Assembly (NCBI GenBank): GCA_963810935.1
Contig: CAWEPK010000017.1
Location: forward strand, 96,001-160,000
Reading direction: 5' to 3'
DNA length: 64,000 nt
DNA from: an uncultured delta proteobacterium
Lineage (GTDB): Bacteria; Desulfobacterota; Syntrophorhabdia; Syntrophorhabdales; WCHB1-27
This document shows positions 52,820 to 62,472 of the stretch, piece by piece. A model generated the notes under the pieces. The model was not told the DNA's origin and made no database searches. It saw nothing but the letters and a program-made list of their open reading frames with translations. Numbering within the stretch: the first letter of the stretch is position 1; the number at the start of each line of letters is the position of its first letter. Both the position numbers and the translations under genes were made by a program.

Positions 52820-53021
52820 TTGTTCCGTTACCGGCTGGCGGCTGTGGAGGAGGGTCTGAGGGAATCGTGATAGTTAGTGCTGGTTCGCCGGGGCCCTTAG
52901 CATCTGCTCGTAAGTGCCCCGCTCCACCGGGGACATATAGAGGACGATTCGAAGCTCCTTCGGAAGGAAGGGGCCGGCTTACGGCAACGGCCTCCCGGAG
53001 GGAGGGCCGGGAGGCCGTTTT
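52820..53021 (+). ncRNA. Candidate structured non-coding RNA (unassigned)
   Basis: TATAAT at 52807-52812, 5'/3' end pairing, internal stems, own terminator. Confidence 0.45.
52986..53021 (+). terminator. Intrinsic terminator (possibly bidirectional)
   Basis: AACGGCCTCCCGG-loop-CCGGGAGGCCGTT then TT. Confidence 0.8.
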
Positions 53022-53046
53022 AGCTGTGCCGTATCGTAAGAGGTTT

Positions 53047-53574
53047 CTACTGCATGAAACGGCCATGGCGGTGGGACTTGAAGAAGCCTGCCCTGTCGAG
53101 CTTCTGCAACTGCTCGGGGGTGAGCACCTTTCTCCACTCTACTTTCATGGCGGCTTTTCTGTCCATCAGCTTCATTATCAGCGTGTCGATCTCTTTCTGC
53201 TTCGCGAGCAGCGCCTCGTCCGTAGCCTTCGGGTCCGTAAAAAGCTTCTTCATCTCGATGCGCTTTACCTGGAGGTCGTATCTCACGTCATGCGTGTCCG
53301 TCAGGAAGCGCTGCCCGATCTCCCGCATCTTATCCTGCTGCTCTTTCGTAAGGTTCAGAAACCTCCCCATGCGGTGGCGCATGTGGCCCCAATGATCTTG
53401 CCCGCCGGGATGGCCGGGGCCGTGTTGCATGAGGGCGGGACCTGACGGGGCCGGGCCCTGCTGCGCCATGGCGGGGCCTGACGGGGCCGGACCCTGCCCG
53501 GGCGATTGCGCGTATGCCATTCCTGCCCAGCTTACGAAAAGCATTGCCAGGGCGATTACGAAAACTCTTTTCAT
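53047..53574 (-). CDS. Spy/CpxP family periplasmic chaperone
   Basis: Signal peptide, duplicated QGPAPSGPA, LNLTKEQ and VLTPEQ motifs. Confidence 0.88.
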   Translation of the reverse strand: MKRVFVIALAMLFVSWAGMAYAQSPGQGPAPSGPAMAQQGPAPSGPALMQHGPGHPGGQDHWGHMRHRMGRFLNLTKEQQDKMREIGQRFLTDTHDVRYDLQVKRIEMKKLFTDPKATDEALLAKQKEIDTLIMKLMDRKAAMKVEWRKVLTPEQLQKLDRAGFFKSHRHGRFMQ

Positions 53575-53651
53575 GTTAGCTCCTCCAGTTTTTTGTGCGG
53601 GCGGTTTTTAGGGCCCTTTGTCCGTTTCGCTCGTGTCTTCTTATCAGGTAA

Positions 53652-53678
53652 GTCGTGCGATGTGTTCGAAAGGTTACA
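53652..53678 (-). promoter_or_regulatory. Possible ECF-sigma promoter
   Basis: Minus strand TGTAAC-N17-CGAC upstream of the Spy/CpxP gene. Confidence 0.35.
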
Positions 53679-53685
53679 CGGCTGG

Positions 53686-54789
53686 TCAGCTTCGCTTTAT
53701 GACGTGGACCGCAGTGGCCTTGAAGGAGGCGGTCAGGCGCCTGCCTTCCGCAACGGAGAGCGCCTCGCGCGATTCGCCCGTTATGTAGGAGACGAGCGGA
53801 AAGCCGCAATCGAGGCTTACCTTCTGATAAAACCCCATGGAGGCCACCCTCGTCACTACGCCGGGGAAGACGTTCCTCGCGCTCGTGAGCCGGGGGCCTT
53901 CGCCGTTGTGACCGTCAGGCACGGAGAGGGTCACATTTTCCGGCCTTATGTAGAGCGTCACTTTTTCGCCGCGCGCGATGCGGCCGGCCGCCTCTATCTG
54001 CATACCCGCGACCGTTATGACGGCGGTGTCGCCGCCGCTTCCGTCCACCTGCCCCCTCAGAAGGCTCCCCGCTCCGACGAAGGAGGCGACGAACTCGTCC
54101 GCAGGCGCGTTCATTACCTCTTCCGCCGGCCCCGCCTGGAGGACCCTTCCGCCGCTCATCACGGCTATCCTGTCGGAGAGCCGCAGCGCCTCCATCAGGT
54201 CATGGGTGACGAGGACCGTCGTAGTCCCGGTGGTCCGGACGGCCGCCTCCATGTCTTCGATCAGCGGCTCGCGGCTCATAGGGTCGAGGGAAGAAAACGG
54301 CTCGTCGAGGAGCATCACCTCCGGCCGGACGGCAAACGCCCGCGCCAGGGTCGCACGTTGCGCTTCTCCGCCTGAGAGGCTGCGTGCCGAGCGGTCCTTC
54401 AGATTGATGATGCCGAAGCGGGAGAGTGCCTCCATGACAGCGTCGCGTACCGCGGCCTTTTTGGCTCCCCTTATTTTGAGCCCGGAGGCAGCGTTCTGGT
54501 AGACCGTAGTGTCGAATAAGAGGGGCTCCTGGAAGACCATCGCGAGGGAGCGCCTGTAAGCGAGGACAGGGCAGTCGCGCCCCACCTTGCGGCCGCGGAA
54601 GAGGATCTCGCCCTCGAAAGGCAAAAGGTGCGCGAGGACCTGGAGAAGCGTCGTCTTCCCCGCGCCGTTCGGGCCGATCACGGAAAGGACCTCGCCTTGT
54701 TTTACATCGATAGAGGGCACGTCCACTGTCACGGCGCCGCCCCTTTTAACCAGAAGGCCCTTCCCCTCGATGATGGCGGGCGGGCTCAT
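53686..54789 (-). CDS. tupC: Tungstate ABC transporter ATP-binding protein with TOBE domains
   Basis: GPNGAGKT, LSGGEAQR, LLDEPF, SARN, ASFKATAVH. Confidence 0.85.
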   Translation of the reverse strand: MSPPAIIEGKGLLVKRGGAVTVDVPSIDVKQGEVLSVIGPNGAGKTTLLQVLAHLLPFEGEILFRGRKVGRDCPVLAYRRSLAMVFQEPLLFDTTVYQNAASGLKIRGAKKAAVRDAVMEALSRFGIINLKDRSARSLSGGEAQRATLARAFAVRPEVMLLDEPFSSLDPMSREPLIEDMEAAVRTTGTTTVLVTHDLMEALRLSDRIAVMSGGRVLQAGPAEEVMNAPADEFVASFVGAGSLLRGQVDGSGGDTAVITVAGMQIEAAGRIARGEKVTLYIRPENVTLSVPDGHNGEGPRLTSARNVFPGVVTRVASMGFYQKVSLDCGFPLVSYITGESREALSVAEGRRLTASFKATAVHVIKRS

Positions 54790-55484
54790 CTGGGCCTTTC
54801 CCTTTGCTGGATATGCGTGAGCAGCAGGTTAACCCCGTAGGCGAGCAAAAGCAGGATAAAGCTTAAGGCGATGGCCGTCTCGAAGTTGCCGCGCCCTGTT
54901 TCCATGACGGTCGCGGTGGTCAGCACGCGCGAGTATCCTTTGATATTGCCGCCGACCATTATGGAAGCCCCCACCTCCGATATGACCCCGCCGAAGCCCG
55001 CCATGACTGCGGCAAGGAGAGGAAGGCGTGCCTCTTTGATCAGTATCCAGGCAAGCTGCGCCTTTGTCGCGCCGAGGGCAAGCACCTGGAGGGTCAGCTT
55101 CTGCGGGAGCTGCTGGAGGGCGGCGATGGAGATACCCATGACGATGGGGGTAGCTATCACTGTCTGCGCGACCACCATGGCGGCTGGGGTGAAGAGCATG
55201 CCGAGGAAGCCAAGGGGGCCACTGCGCCACAAAGATATGCTCACAAAAAGACCGACGACCACGGGCGGCAGGCCCATCCCGGTGTTTACCAGACCCACTA
55301 CTATGCGCTTGCCGGGGAAGCGCGCGAGCGCCACGAGGGCGCCTAAGGATATGCCGATCGCGGTGCTGATGAGCGTCGCGGCGCCCGACACCTTAAGTGA
55401 CAGTAGGGTAATGCCGAAGACCTCGGGGTCGAACGTCACCAACAGCCAGAAGGCCTTGCGGAGCCCGTCGAGGATCAGCTCCAT
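54786..55484 (-). CDS. tupB: Tungstate ABC transporter permease
   Basis: NTGMGLPPVVVGL, GPLG, SEVGA..MVGGNI.G..RVLTTA. Confidence 0.92.
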   Translation of the reverse strand: MELILDGLRKAFWLLVTFDPEVFGITLLSLKVSGAATLISTAIGISLGALVALARFPGKRIVVGLVNTGMGLPPVVVGLFVSISLWRSGPLGFLGMLFTPAAMVVAQTVIATPIVMGISIAALQQLPQKLTLQVLALGATKAQLAWILIKEARLPLLAAVMAGFGGVISEVGASIMVGGNIKGYSRVLTTATVMETGRGNFETAIALSFILLLLAYGVNLLLTHIQQRERPR

Positions 55485-56342
55485 CTATTTACCCAGGTCC
55501 TCCTCTTTCTTTCCTGCGTCGGCGAAGAAGAGGGGCGATCCGAATTTATCGACGCCGAAGGCGCCGATCTGGCCTTGCGTCTCGGGCGCCGTCATGAAAG
55601 CGGCAAATGCCTTTGCGCCTGCTGCGTTCACTTTGGGCCATTTCTCAGGGTTGACCTCTATCACGTGATAGACGTTGAGAAGGCCCCTGTCGCCCTGTAC
55701 GAGGACCGCGAGGTCGAGCCGTTTTTTCAGCGCCAGGTAAGTGCCCCGGTCGGCGAGGGTGTATGCCTGTTTTTCGGAAGCCACGTTTAAGGTCTGCCCC
55801 ATGCCGAGGCCCGTCTCCTGATACCACTTCTGCCCGACGGGTGCGATGCCTGCTGCTTTCCACAGGGACTTTTCCTTCGCGTCGGTGCCGGAGTTATCGC
55901 CCCTGGACATGAAGAGCGCCTGCGACGCGGCAATTTTTTTGAACGCCGCGGCGGCGGATTTCGTCCCTGCAATGCCTGCCCGGTCCGCGGCCGGTCCGAC
56001 GATGATAAAATCGTTATGCATTACGAGGCGGCGGCCTGTGCCGAAGCCGTCCTTCATGAAGGCTTCTTCGGCCTCGGGCGAATGGACGAGGAGCACGTCC
56101 GCCTCTCCCTTCCTGCCCATGGCCATGGCCTGGCCGGAGCCGACCGCTATAGTCTTTACGAAGTAGCCGGTCTTTTTCTCGAACATGGGTATGAGGACGT
56201 CGAGGAGGCCGGAGTCCTGGGTGCTGGTCGTCGTGGCTAAAATAATGTTCTTCTGCGCTGCCGCGTGACCCGGCGCGGGCGCGATAAAGCACGCTGTAAG
56301 CACTGCCGCAACAAAAAGGATGGAAAGTCCGATTCGGTTCAT
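55485..56342 (-). CDS. tupA: Tungstate ABC transporter substrate-binding protein
   Basis: ATTTSTQDSGLL, AVGSGQA, SRGDNSGT, GMGQTL, DRGTY. Confidence 0.93.
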   Translation of the reverse strand: MNRIGLSILFVAAVLTACFIAPAPGHAAAQKNIILATTTSTQDSGLLDVLIPMFEKKTGYFVKTIAVGSGQAMAMGRKGEADVLLVHSPEAEEAFMKDGFGTGRRLVMHNDFIIVGPAADRAGIAGTKSAAAAFKKIAASQALFMSRGDNSGTDAKEKSLWKAAGIAPVGQKWYQETGLGMGQTLNVASEKQAYTLADRGTYLALKKRLDLAVLVQGDRGLLNVYHVIEVNPEKWPKVNAAGAKAFAAFMTAPETQGQIGAFGVDKFGSPLFFADAGKKEEDLGK

Positions 56343-56469
56343 TTTTCACCTTTTTTATCTGTTCGGTCCCCTCAAGAATAATGCGTGAGCCTCCAAAATG
56401 CAACCGAAAACCAACGCGTGCAAGTGTGCAAATAGTGATATACTCTTCCATGCATTTTGGAGCAATTGC

Positions 56470-57273
56470 GTGACGAGGGTTGACATCATAGCGGCCAAAG
56501 GGACCGAGGAGCTTCTCGATGAGACGTTCTACAGCCTCGCGGGCGGCCTCTGGGTCGAAGACGAAGCGCGGGGCGTGCGCATAACGTGCTACCCCGCAGA
56601 CCCCGGCCTTCTCCTTGCGCACCTGCGCAAGGCCGGCATCAGGGTCAGGAACGTGACGACGACCGAGGAAGAAGCGAAGGACTACGTGGCCGAGGTGCGC
56701 AAGCACTTCACGCCCGTCAGGATCGGCGGCCTCACCATCCTACCGCCCTGGCGGAAATCGGGCAGGAAGGGCAGGACCATAGTGATAGAGCCGGGCATGG
56801 CCTTCGGCACTGGCAGGCACGAGTCTACGAAGCTGATGGCCGCCATGATGGAGCGCGTCCCCATCGACGGCAGGAGTGTGCTCGATATCGGGTCCGGGTC
56901 GGGCGTGCTCGCAATCAACGCCTGGTTGCTGGGCGCATCGAAGGTTGCGGCAATCGACCACGACCCGCTGGCCGCAGAGGCAATGAAAAAGAACTGCGGC
57001 CTCAATGGCCGCCCGTGCATATCTGTTGCTTGCGGCGATATAGACGCGGTAAAAGGCTTATACGACGTTGTCCTGGCGAACCTCGATTTCGGCACGTTCG
57101 AACGCCGGGCGCCCGACGTAATCCGCACGGTCTCGCCGGGCGGGTTTCTCCTGGTCTCCGGCATAGAGGCACAGTATGCCGGTGAGGCATTACCCCTCTT
57201 CGCCCCCCTCGAACTTGTCACCCGCCGCAGGAAGGGCGAGTGGCACGGGTTTATTTTCAAGCGGAACGTGTAG
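56470..57273 (+). CDS. prmA: Ribosomal protein L11 methyltransferase
   Basis: PPW, IEPGMAFGTGRHEST, VLDIGSGSGVL, V.AN, LVSGI; start estimated (GTG at 56470). Confidence 0.9.
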   Translation: MTRVDIIAAKGTEELLDETFYSLAGGLWVEDEARGVRITCYPADPGLLLAHLRKAGIRVRNVTTTEEEAKDYVAEVRKHFTPVRIGGLTILPPWRKSGRKGRTIVIEPGMAFGTGRHESTKLMAAMMERVPIDGRSVLDIGSGSGVLAINAWLLGASKVAAIDHDPLAAEAMKKNCGLNGRPCISVACGDIDAVKGLYDVVLANLDFGTFERRAPDVIRTVSPGGFLLVSGIEAQYAGEALPLFAPLELVTRRRKGEWHGFIFKRNV

Positions 57274-57274
57274 A

Positions 57275-57907
57275 CTAGAAATCCCTGTATCCCGAAGCAG
57301 TCATGCCTTCGCGCAAGTGGCACGTGTCGTTTGCAAAAGCCAGAGAGAACCTGTCGTCTTTTCCTTCCAGCAGCGTGATCGACGCGGGGTCGAACCGCAT
57401 ATCCCAGAAGTGGCTGTTGTCGATGCCGAGACACGAGAGCACGATCACCTTGCAGATGACCCTGTGCGTTGCAATGACTACGGCGCCAGGCTGCCCTGTG
57501 CCGATCTTTTCGATGCACTCCCGCACCCTGCTCCGCACCTCCCCGAGTGTCTCGCCCTCTTCAACTTTTAGCTTATGCGGCGAGCTTCTCCAGACAGCGA
57601 TGTCCTCCGGGAAAAGCTCCTCCACTTCTTTAAGCGGCTTTCCCTCCCATATCCCGAAGCTCATGTCGGTGAGCTGCTCCACCGCTTCCACCTGCACGCC
57701 CGTCATGCGGGCGACGGCCTGCGCGGTCTGCATAGCCCTTGACAGCGGGCTCGAAAGGACAATGTCGAGCGATTTCCCCGTAAAGTAACGCCCGGTCTTA
57801 TCAGCCTGCTTTGTGCCCGTGACATTAAGGGGGACGTCTTTCCTGCCCCTGAATATCTCTTCTTTGTTCCACTCCGTCTCTCCGTGCCGTACGACGTACA
57901 GCTTCAT
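57275..57907 (-). CDS. Histidine phosphatase family protein
   Basis: RHGETEWN, SSPLSRA.QTA, FG.WEG, GET, ATH. Confidence 0.92.
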   Translation of the reverse strand: MKLYVVRHGETEWNKEEIFRGRKDVPLNVTGTKQADKTGRYFTGKSLDIVLSSPLSRAMQTAQAVARMTGVQVEAVEQLTDMSFGIWEGKPLKEVEELFPEDIAVWRSSPHKLKVEEGETLGEVRSRVRECIEKIGTGQPGAVVIATHRVICKVIVLSCLGIDNSHFWDMRFDPASITLLEGKDDRFSLAFANDTCHLREGMTASGYRDF

Positions 57908-58054
57908 GCAGGCCTCCCTTTCGGCGTCCCCTATTATAAAGCAGATCGCATAGGCCGGACAATACGTGGAGGCAGGTTCGACGAATTATTACGCCGTTAG
58001 ACGGAAAGGCCGGAGAGTAGCCTGTCCGGGCATATATCCTGTGTGTTTCCCGTG

Positions 58055-59131
58055 CTATACGGACAGGCCCAAGGCACGCGCCAATGCATCGAAGTCCATA
58101 TGTTTTTTCAGCAGGTCCTCGAAATATCCGACTTTTTTATGTTGCTGGAACCGGTTCTTGCCAAAAAAATTCTCGATGGTCTGGATAGCGCTGAGGGTAT
58201 CGTGTCCGGTCAGTATGAGCGGGACGTGGCGCTCCGAGGCGAGGCCGATGATCAGCGGGTCGGGCCTGATGTTGCCCGTAAGGATCAGGCAGCGTGTAGA
58301 CGTCTCGAGGGCTGCGAGCTGGAGATCGACCCTGTCCCCTCCCGTAATGACTGCCTTGCCCGGTACGCGGCGGAAATATGTAAGGGCGCTCTCGACGTTC
58401 ATCGCTCCTACCATGAGATTTTCGACCAGCTCGTCAAAGGCGTCTTCGCAGCAAAGGGGCTGGCCCCCCAACCCTTCGAGCAGCTCCCTCACGCTCACGG
58501 AAAGGAGCACCTTCTCTTTCGGCAGAGCGGCGAAAACAGGCACGCCCCTGGCAGCAAGGAAGGGCGTCACCTTATCCCTGGCATACGCCATCCGATGATG
58601 CAGGACGCTGTTGATCACCGCCCCCATCATCGGGTCCCCTATCGAAGCTTTTGCCCCTAGCAGGTCGTCGACCATCTGAAGCGTATCGACGTAGGGGACG
58701 ATGACGAGCGCGCGGGCGCCCAGAAGCTCCGAGATGCGGCCTGCGCTTAAGTTTATCATCCTGCCTTCACGCAGGGTGTTCCCGCCCTCGAGGACCACCA
58801 CGTCTTTACCGGCTGCGACCGTCTCGTACGCCTCGACGATCTTTTGCTCGTAAGCGTCCGCTTTGGCCCCGTCGACCGCCGCCTTGACGGCGTCTACGGT
58901 AAGCAGGACAGGCGACATCGCCTCCATCGGCTCGATCAGGCCAAGCGTCGCCTTGATGAACGCCACGTCCTCATCGACCGCCCGCCCCCCCATGCTGCGC
59001 GGGGTCGAGCTGACAGGCTTCATGTACCCGGCGGCCAGACCCTTCTCGCGGAACCAGTGCATGAGGCCGATGCACAGGGCAGTCTTGCCCGAATACCTGT
59101 CGGTCGATGCGACGTAGATAATTGCAGCCAT
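58055..59131 (-). CDS. Phosphotransacetylase N-terminal-like (BioD/AAA + DRTGG) protein
   Basis: YSGKT, GYMKP, VLEG, ITGGDR.D.QLAALE, LILTG; no PTA catalytic domain. Confidence 0.88.
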   Translation of the reverse strand: MAAIIYVASTDRYSGKTALCIGLMHWFREKGLAAGYMKPVSSTPRSMGGRAVDEDVAFIKATLGLIEPMEAMSPVLLTVDAVKAAVDGAKADAYEQKIVEAYETVAAGKDVVVLEGGNTLREGRMINLSAGRISELLGARALVIVPYVDTLQMVDDLLGAKASIGDPMMGAVINSVLHHRMAYARDKVTPFLAARGVPVFAALPKEKVLLSVSVRELLEGLGGQPLCCEDAFDELVENLMVGAMNVESALTYFRRVPGKAVITGGDRVDLQLAALETSTRCLILTGNIRPDPLIIGLASERHVPLILTGHDTLSAIQTIENFFGKNRFQQHKKVGYFEDLLKKHMDFDALARALGLSV

Positions 59132-59194
59132 ACTTCCTCCCCGCTCGCCCGGAGGGGCCCAAAGTCCTGCGGCCCCGGGCTTGCACGTTTCGCG

Positions 59195-61351
59195 TTATTC
59201 CGCGAGCACCAGTCTCATATCGATGCCGACAGCGCCCTTCCCCTCTTCGAACACGGTCAGGGGGTTGATATCCATCTCGACGATCTCTCCGAAATCCGTT
59301 ACCATCTGCGACACCTTCAGGAGTATGTCCTCCAGGGCCTTCAGGTCCGAACGCACCTCCCCGCGCACGCCGAGGAGTAAATTGAATGACCGCAGCTCCC
59401 GCATCATCTCGCCCGCCTCTTTGCGCGAGAACGGGGCGATGCGAAAGGCGACGTCCTTGAGGACCTCCACGTAAATGCCCCCGAGCCCGAGCATAACGAG
59501 GGGACCGAACTGCGGGTCGCGGTTCATGCCGACGATTACCTCTTTACCGCCGTGCACCTGCTGCTGGACGTTGCAGCCCCATATGTCGGCGTCCGGCATG
59601 TAGCGGGTGGCGCGGTAGGTCAGCAGGTCGAAGGCGTCGCGCACGTCGGCCGCGCTCCGTACGTTGAGCTTGACGCCGCCTATATCGGTCTTATGGAGTA
59701 TATCGGGCGAGGCAATCTTCATTACGACGGGGTAGCCGATCTCTTCGGCACATTCGACCGACTCATCGGCCGTCTCGCAGAGCTTCGATTTCGGCACGGG
59801 GATATGGTACGCCTCCAGGATGCTCCTCGCCTCGGCGTCGCCGATGGTCAGCCGCCTCTCCGACCGGACCCTCTCGAAGACCTTCACCACCGCCTCGCGG
59901 TCCGCCTCAAATCGCTCGAACTGCGGCGGGGGCTCCTCCTGCCAGGCGCGCTGCCTGGCCATTACGGAGAGGGCGCCTATGGCCCGCTCCGGCACTATAT
60001 AGTTAGGGACGTCGTTGTCGGTGAGCGTATTCAGCGCCCGGTCGATTGACGCCTCCCCCATAAAACAGGCAAGCACGGGTATCTTCTTGAGCCTCCCGAC
60101 CTCCCCGACTACCTCTGCCACTTCGTCGATGGGCGTCGAGAACTGCGGGGTGAGGATGACGACGAGGGCGCCGACGTTAGGGTCGTCCAGAAGCAGCCCG
60201 ATTGCGGCTTTATACAGCTTCGTATTCGCGTCGCCGAGTAAGTCTACCGGGTTGAGCGTTGATGCCGCAGGGGGGAGCGCTGCCCGCAGCTTCTCGATGG
60301 TGCCCTTGTCGAGCGATGCCAGACTGAGGCCCGCCCGCTCGATGGCGTCCGTCGCCATGATGCCCGGACCTCCCGCGTTCGTGACGATGGCGACCGACTT
60401 GTTTTTCGGCAGGGGCTGGCGCGCCATGGCTACGCCGAAGTCGAACAACTGCTCTATCGAATTGGCCCTGATGATGCCCGTCTGCTTGAAGGCCGCATCG
60501 TAGGCCCTCTCGCTGCCTGCCAGCGAGCCGGTGTGGCTGCTGACGGCCCTGGAGCCGCCGGCCGTCACGCCCGCCTTTATGGCGACGATGGGCTTTTTCT
60601 TCGTGAACTCCCTGGCGACGCTCATGAAGCGGGCGCCGTCGTTTATGCCCTCCAGGTATGCGAGCACGACCTTCACGTTCGGGGGCCCGGCCCACGCCTG
60701 GAGGAAATCTATCTCTCCGAGGTCCGCCTTGTTGCCGAGGCTGACGAAGGAAGAGAAGCCTACGCGCTCGGCAATGGCGATATCGAGCATGGAGGTGCAC
60801 AGGGCGCCCGACTGGGACATGAAGGCCATGTTCCCCTTTGGCGGAGTGCCTGCCGCGAAGGTTGCGTTGATGGGCGTAAATGTGTCGATAACGCCCAGGC
60901 AGTTCGGCCCGAGGACGCGCATGCCGTGCTTTTTGGCGATCTGGGTGATCGTGCGCTCCGCCTGGAGCCCCGCAGGCCCCGTCTCGCGGAAACCCGCAGA
61001 TATGACGACCACGCCGCCGACCCCGTGCTTCCCGCACGCCTCCAGGGTATCCGGGACGAATTTTGCAGGGATCGCTACGATCGCCAGGTCCACTTTGTCG
61101 TTAACTGCCTCTATACTCCCGTAGCAGCGAAGGCCCAAAAGCTCGTCCCTGCCCGGATTGATAGGGTGTATCCTGCCCTTGAAACCGCTTTTGATAATAT
61201 TATAGAGGATGGCGTAGCCCGGCTTGTCCCTCGATTCCGTTGCACCGATTATCGCGACGGAGGACGGCGAAAAAAACGCTTCCAGCTTCTCAGGTTCCAC
61301 AAACACCTTCGGTTTTGCCGCAGCTCTCTCCTGATACAGGGCGGCGTTCAT
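59195..61351 (-). CDS. Acetate-CoA ligase (ADP-forming), fused alpha/beta
   Basis: P.SVAIIGA, GPNCLG, SQSGA, SHTGSLAG (phospho-His), TNAGGPG, NPVD, HKTDIGGV, DPQFGP, DINPL; no GNAT domain. Confidence 0.92.
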   Translation of the reverse strand: MNAALYQERAAAKPKVFVEPEKLEAFFSPSSVAIIGATESRDKPGYAILYNIIKSGFKGRIHPINPGRDELLGLRCYGSIEAVNDKVDLAIVAIPAKFVPDTLEACGKHGVGGVVVISAGFRETGPAGLQAERTITQIAKKHGMRVLGPNCLGVIDTFTPINATFAAGTPPKGNMAFMSQSGALCTSMLDIAIAERVGFSSFVSLGNKADLGEIDFLQAWAGPPNVKVVLAYLEGINDGARFMSVAREFTKKKPIVAIKAGVTAGGSRAVSSHTGSLAGSERAYDAAFKQTGIIRANSIEQLFDFGVAMARQPLPKNKSVAIVTNAGGPGIMATDAIERAGLSLASLDKGTIEKLRAALPPAASTLNPVDLLGDANTKLYKAAIGLLLDDPNVGALVVILTPQFSTPIDEVAEVVGEVGRLKKIPVLACFMGEASIDRALNTLTDNDVPNYIVPERAIGALSVMARQRAWQEEPPPQFERFEADREAVVKVFERVRSERRLTIGDAEARSILEAYHIPVPKSKLCETADESVECAEEIGYPVVMKIASPDILHKTDIGGVKLNVRSAADVRDAFDLLTYRATRYMPDADIWGCNVQQQVHGGKEVIVGMNRDPQFGPLVMLGLGGIYVEVLKDVAFRIAPFSRKEAGEMMRELRSFNLLLGVRGEVRSDLKALEDILLKVSQMVTDFGEIVEMDINPLTVFEEGKGAVGIDMRLVLAE

Positions 61352-61779
61352 TATTTATTGTACTTCCCCGAACCACCATGTGCAATGAGAGAAGGCGGGG
61401 GACGGGGGACGCTTGATCCCCTTTCGCTTCCTAAGCGACGGCACGCAAGAAGCGAAAAGCATATCCACGACTGCGAAGGCCGTCCGAAAAAATACGCCCC
61501 TATGCCTAGTTGACAATCCCCCTCCCCGTTCCCAGATTAGTTTATGTAAGGTTCTTTCGTGTCCCTTAGTCGGGCGTTATCCGAAGACTATCCATTCTCT
61601 TATCCACCTTGCCTCACCGGACGGGCTTACGGCGGAAGCCCATCTTAAGGGCGGAAAAGGAGTTCTTTTCGATCTCCCGCTTCCGTATAGCAAGGTCAGC
61701 AAGGCAAACGCGGTTGTTAGGGGCAACCGCCCAAGTACCAGCAAGGGGCAGATAAACAAATGCGTCAAGGGAGGGGACA

Positions 61780-62472
61780 ATGAAGATAGGCGTCTTGCTC
61801 TTTATCTTTCTATGCCTGGCCGCCTGCGCGGCCCCACAGGCCCCGAGCGTCGCCAGCATGGGCCTGCCTGCAAGGACCGTCCAGCCTGAGTACAGGCTCA
61901 ACCCCGGGGACATCCTGGACGTCAAGTTCTTCTACAATCCGGAGCTTAACGAGACGATCATGGTCCGCCCGGACGGGAGGATCTCCTTACAGCTCGCAAA
62001 CGAGGTAATGGCCGCAGGCCTGACCCCGGAGGAGCTGCGTAAGTCCCTGGCCTCCCGCTACTCGAAGGAGATCAACAAACCCGAGGTGAGCGTCATCGTC
62101 CGCTCCTTCTCCATGCAGCGGGTCTACGTGGACGGAGAGGTCTTCCGTCCCGGCATGCTGCCCCTGGCAGGCCCTGTGACCGTCCATCAGGCCATAGCGG
62201 CGGCAGGCGGGTTCAGGGATACCGCCAGGAGGACGGACGTCATCATAGTAAGGCAGGTGGCCGGCAAGCCCGTCCCCCTGAAGGTCAACATGGAAGACGT
62301 ACTGAAGAACGAAGACCCGTCCCAGGATATCCTGCTCGCCCCCTTCGACATCGTCTACGTACCGCGGTCCGGCGTCGCCGAGGTCAACAAGTTCGTAGAC
62401 CTCTACCTGAGGAGGAACATACCGATAGGGGCAGGCATAGGGGCAGGCTGGACGCTCGGAGGCACGCCATGA
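61780..62472 (+). CDS. wza: Polysaccharide export lipoprotein
   Basis: Lipobox LAAC, Y.L.PGD.L, VRPDGRISL, V.V.GEV..PG, AGG, DIVYVP. Confidence 0.9.
   Translation: MKIGVLLFIFLCLAACAAPQAPSVASMGLPARTVQPEYRLNPGDILDVKFFYNPELNETIMVRPDGRISLQLANEVMAAGLTPEELRKSLASRYSKEINKPEVSVIVRSFSMQRVYVDGEVFRPGMLPLAGPVTVHQAIAAAGGFRDTARRTDVIIVRQVAGKPVPLKVNMEDVLKNEDPSQDILLAPFDIVYVPRSGVAEVNKFVDLYLRRNIPIGAGIGAGWTLGGTP

Noticed and set aside
61695..61750. c-di-GMP-I riboswitch suggested by GGCAAAC plus a hairpin
   Set aside because: Lacks the GNRA loop, the GACGCAAA segment and the P3 receptor.
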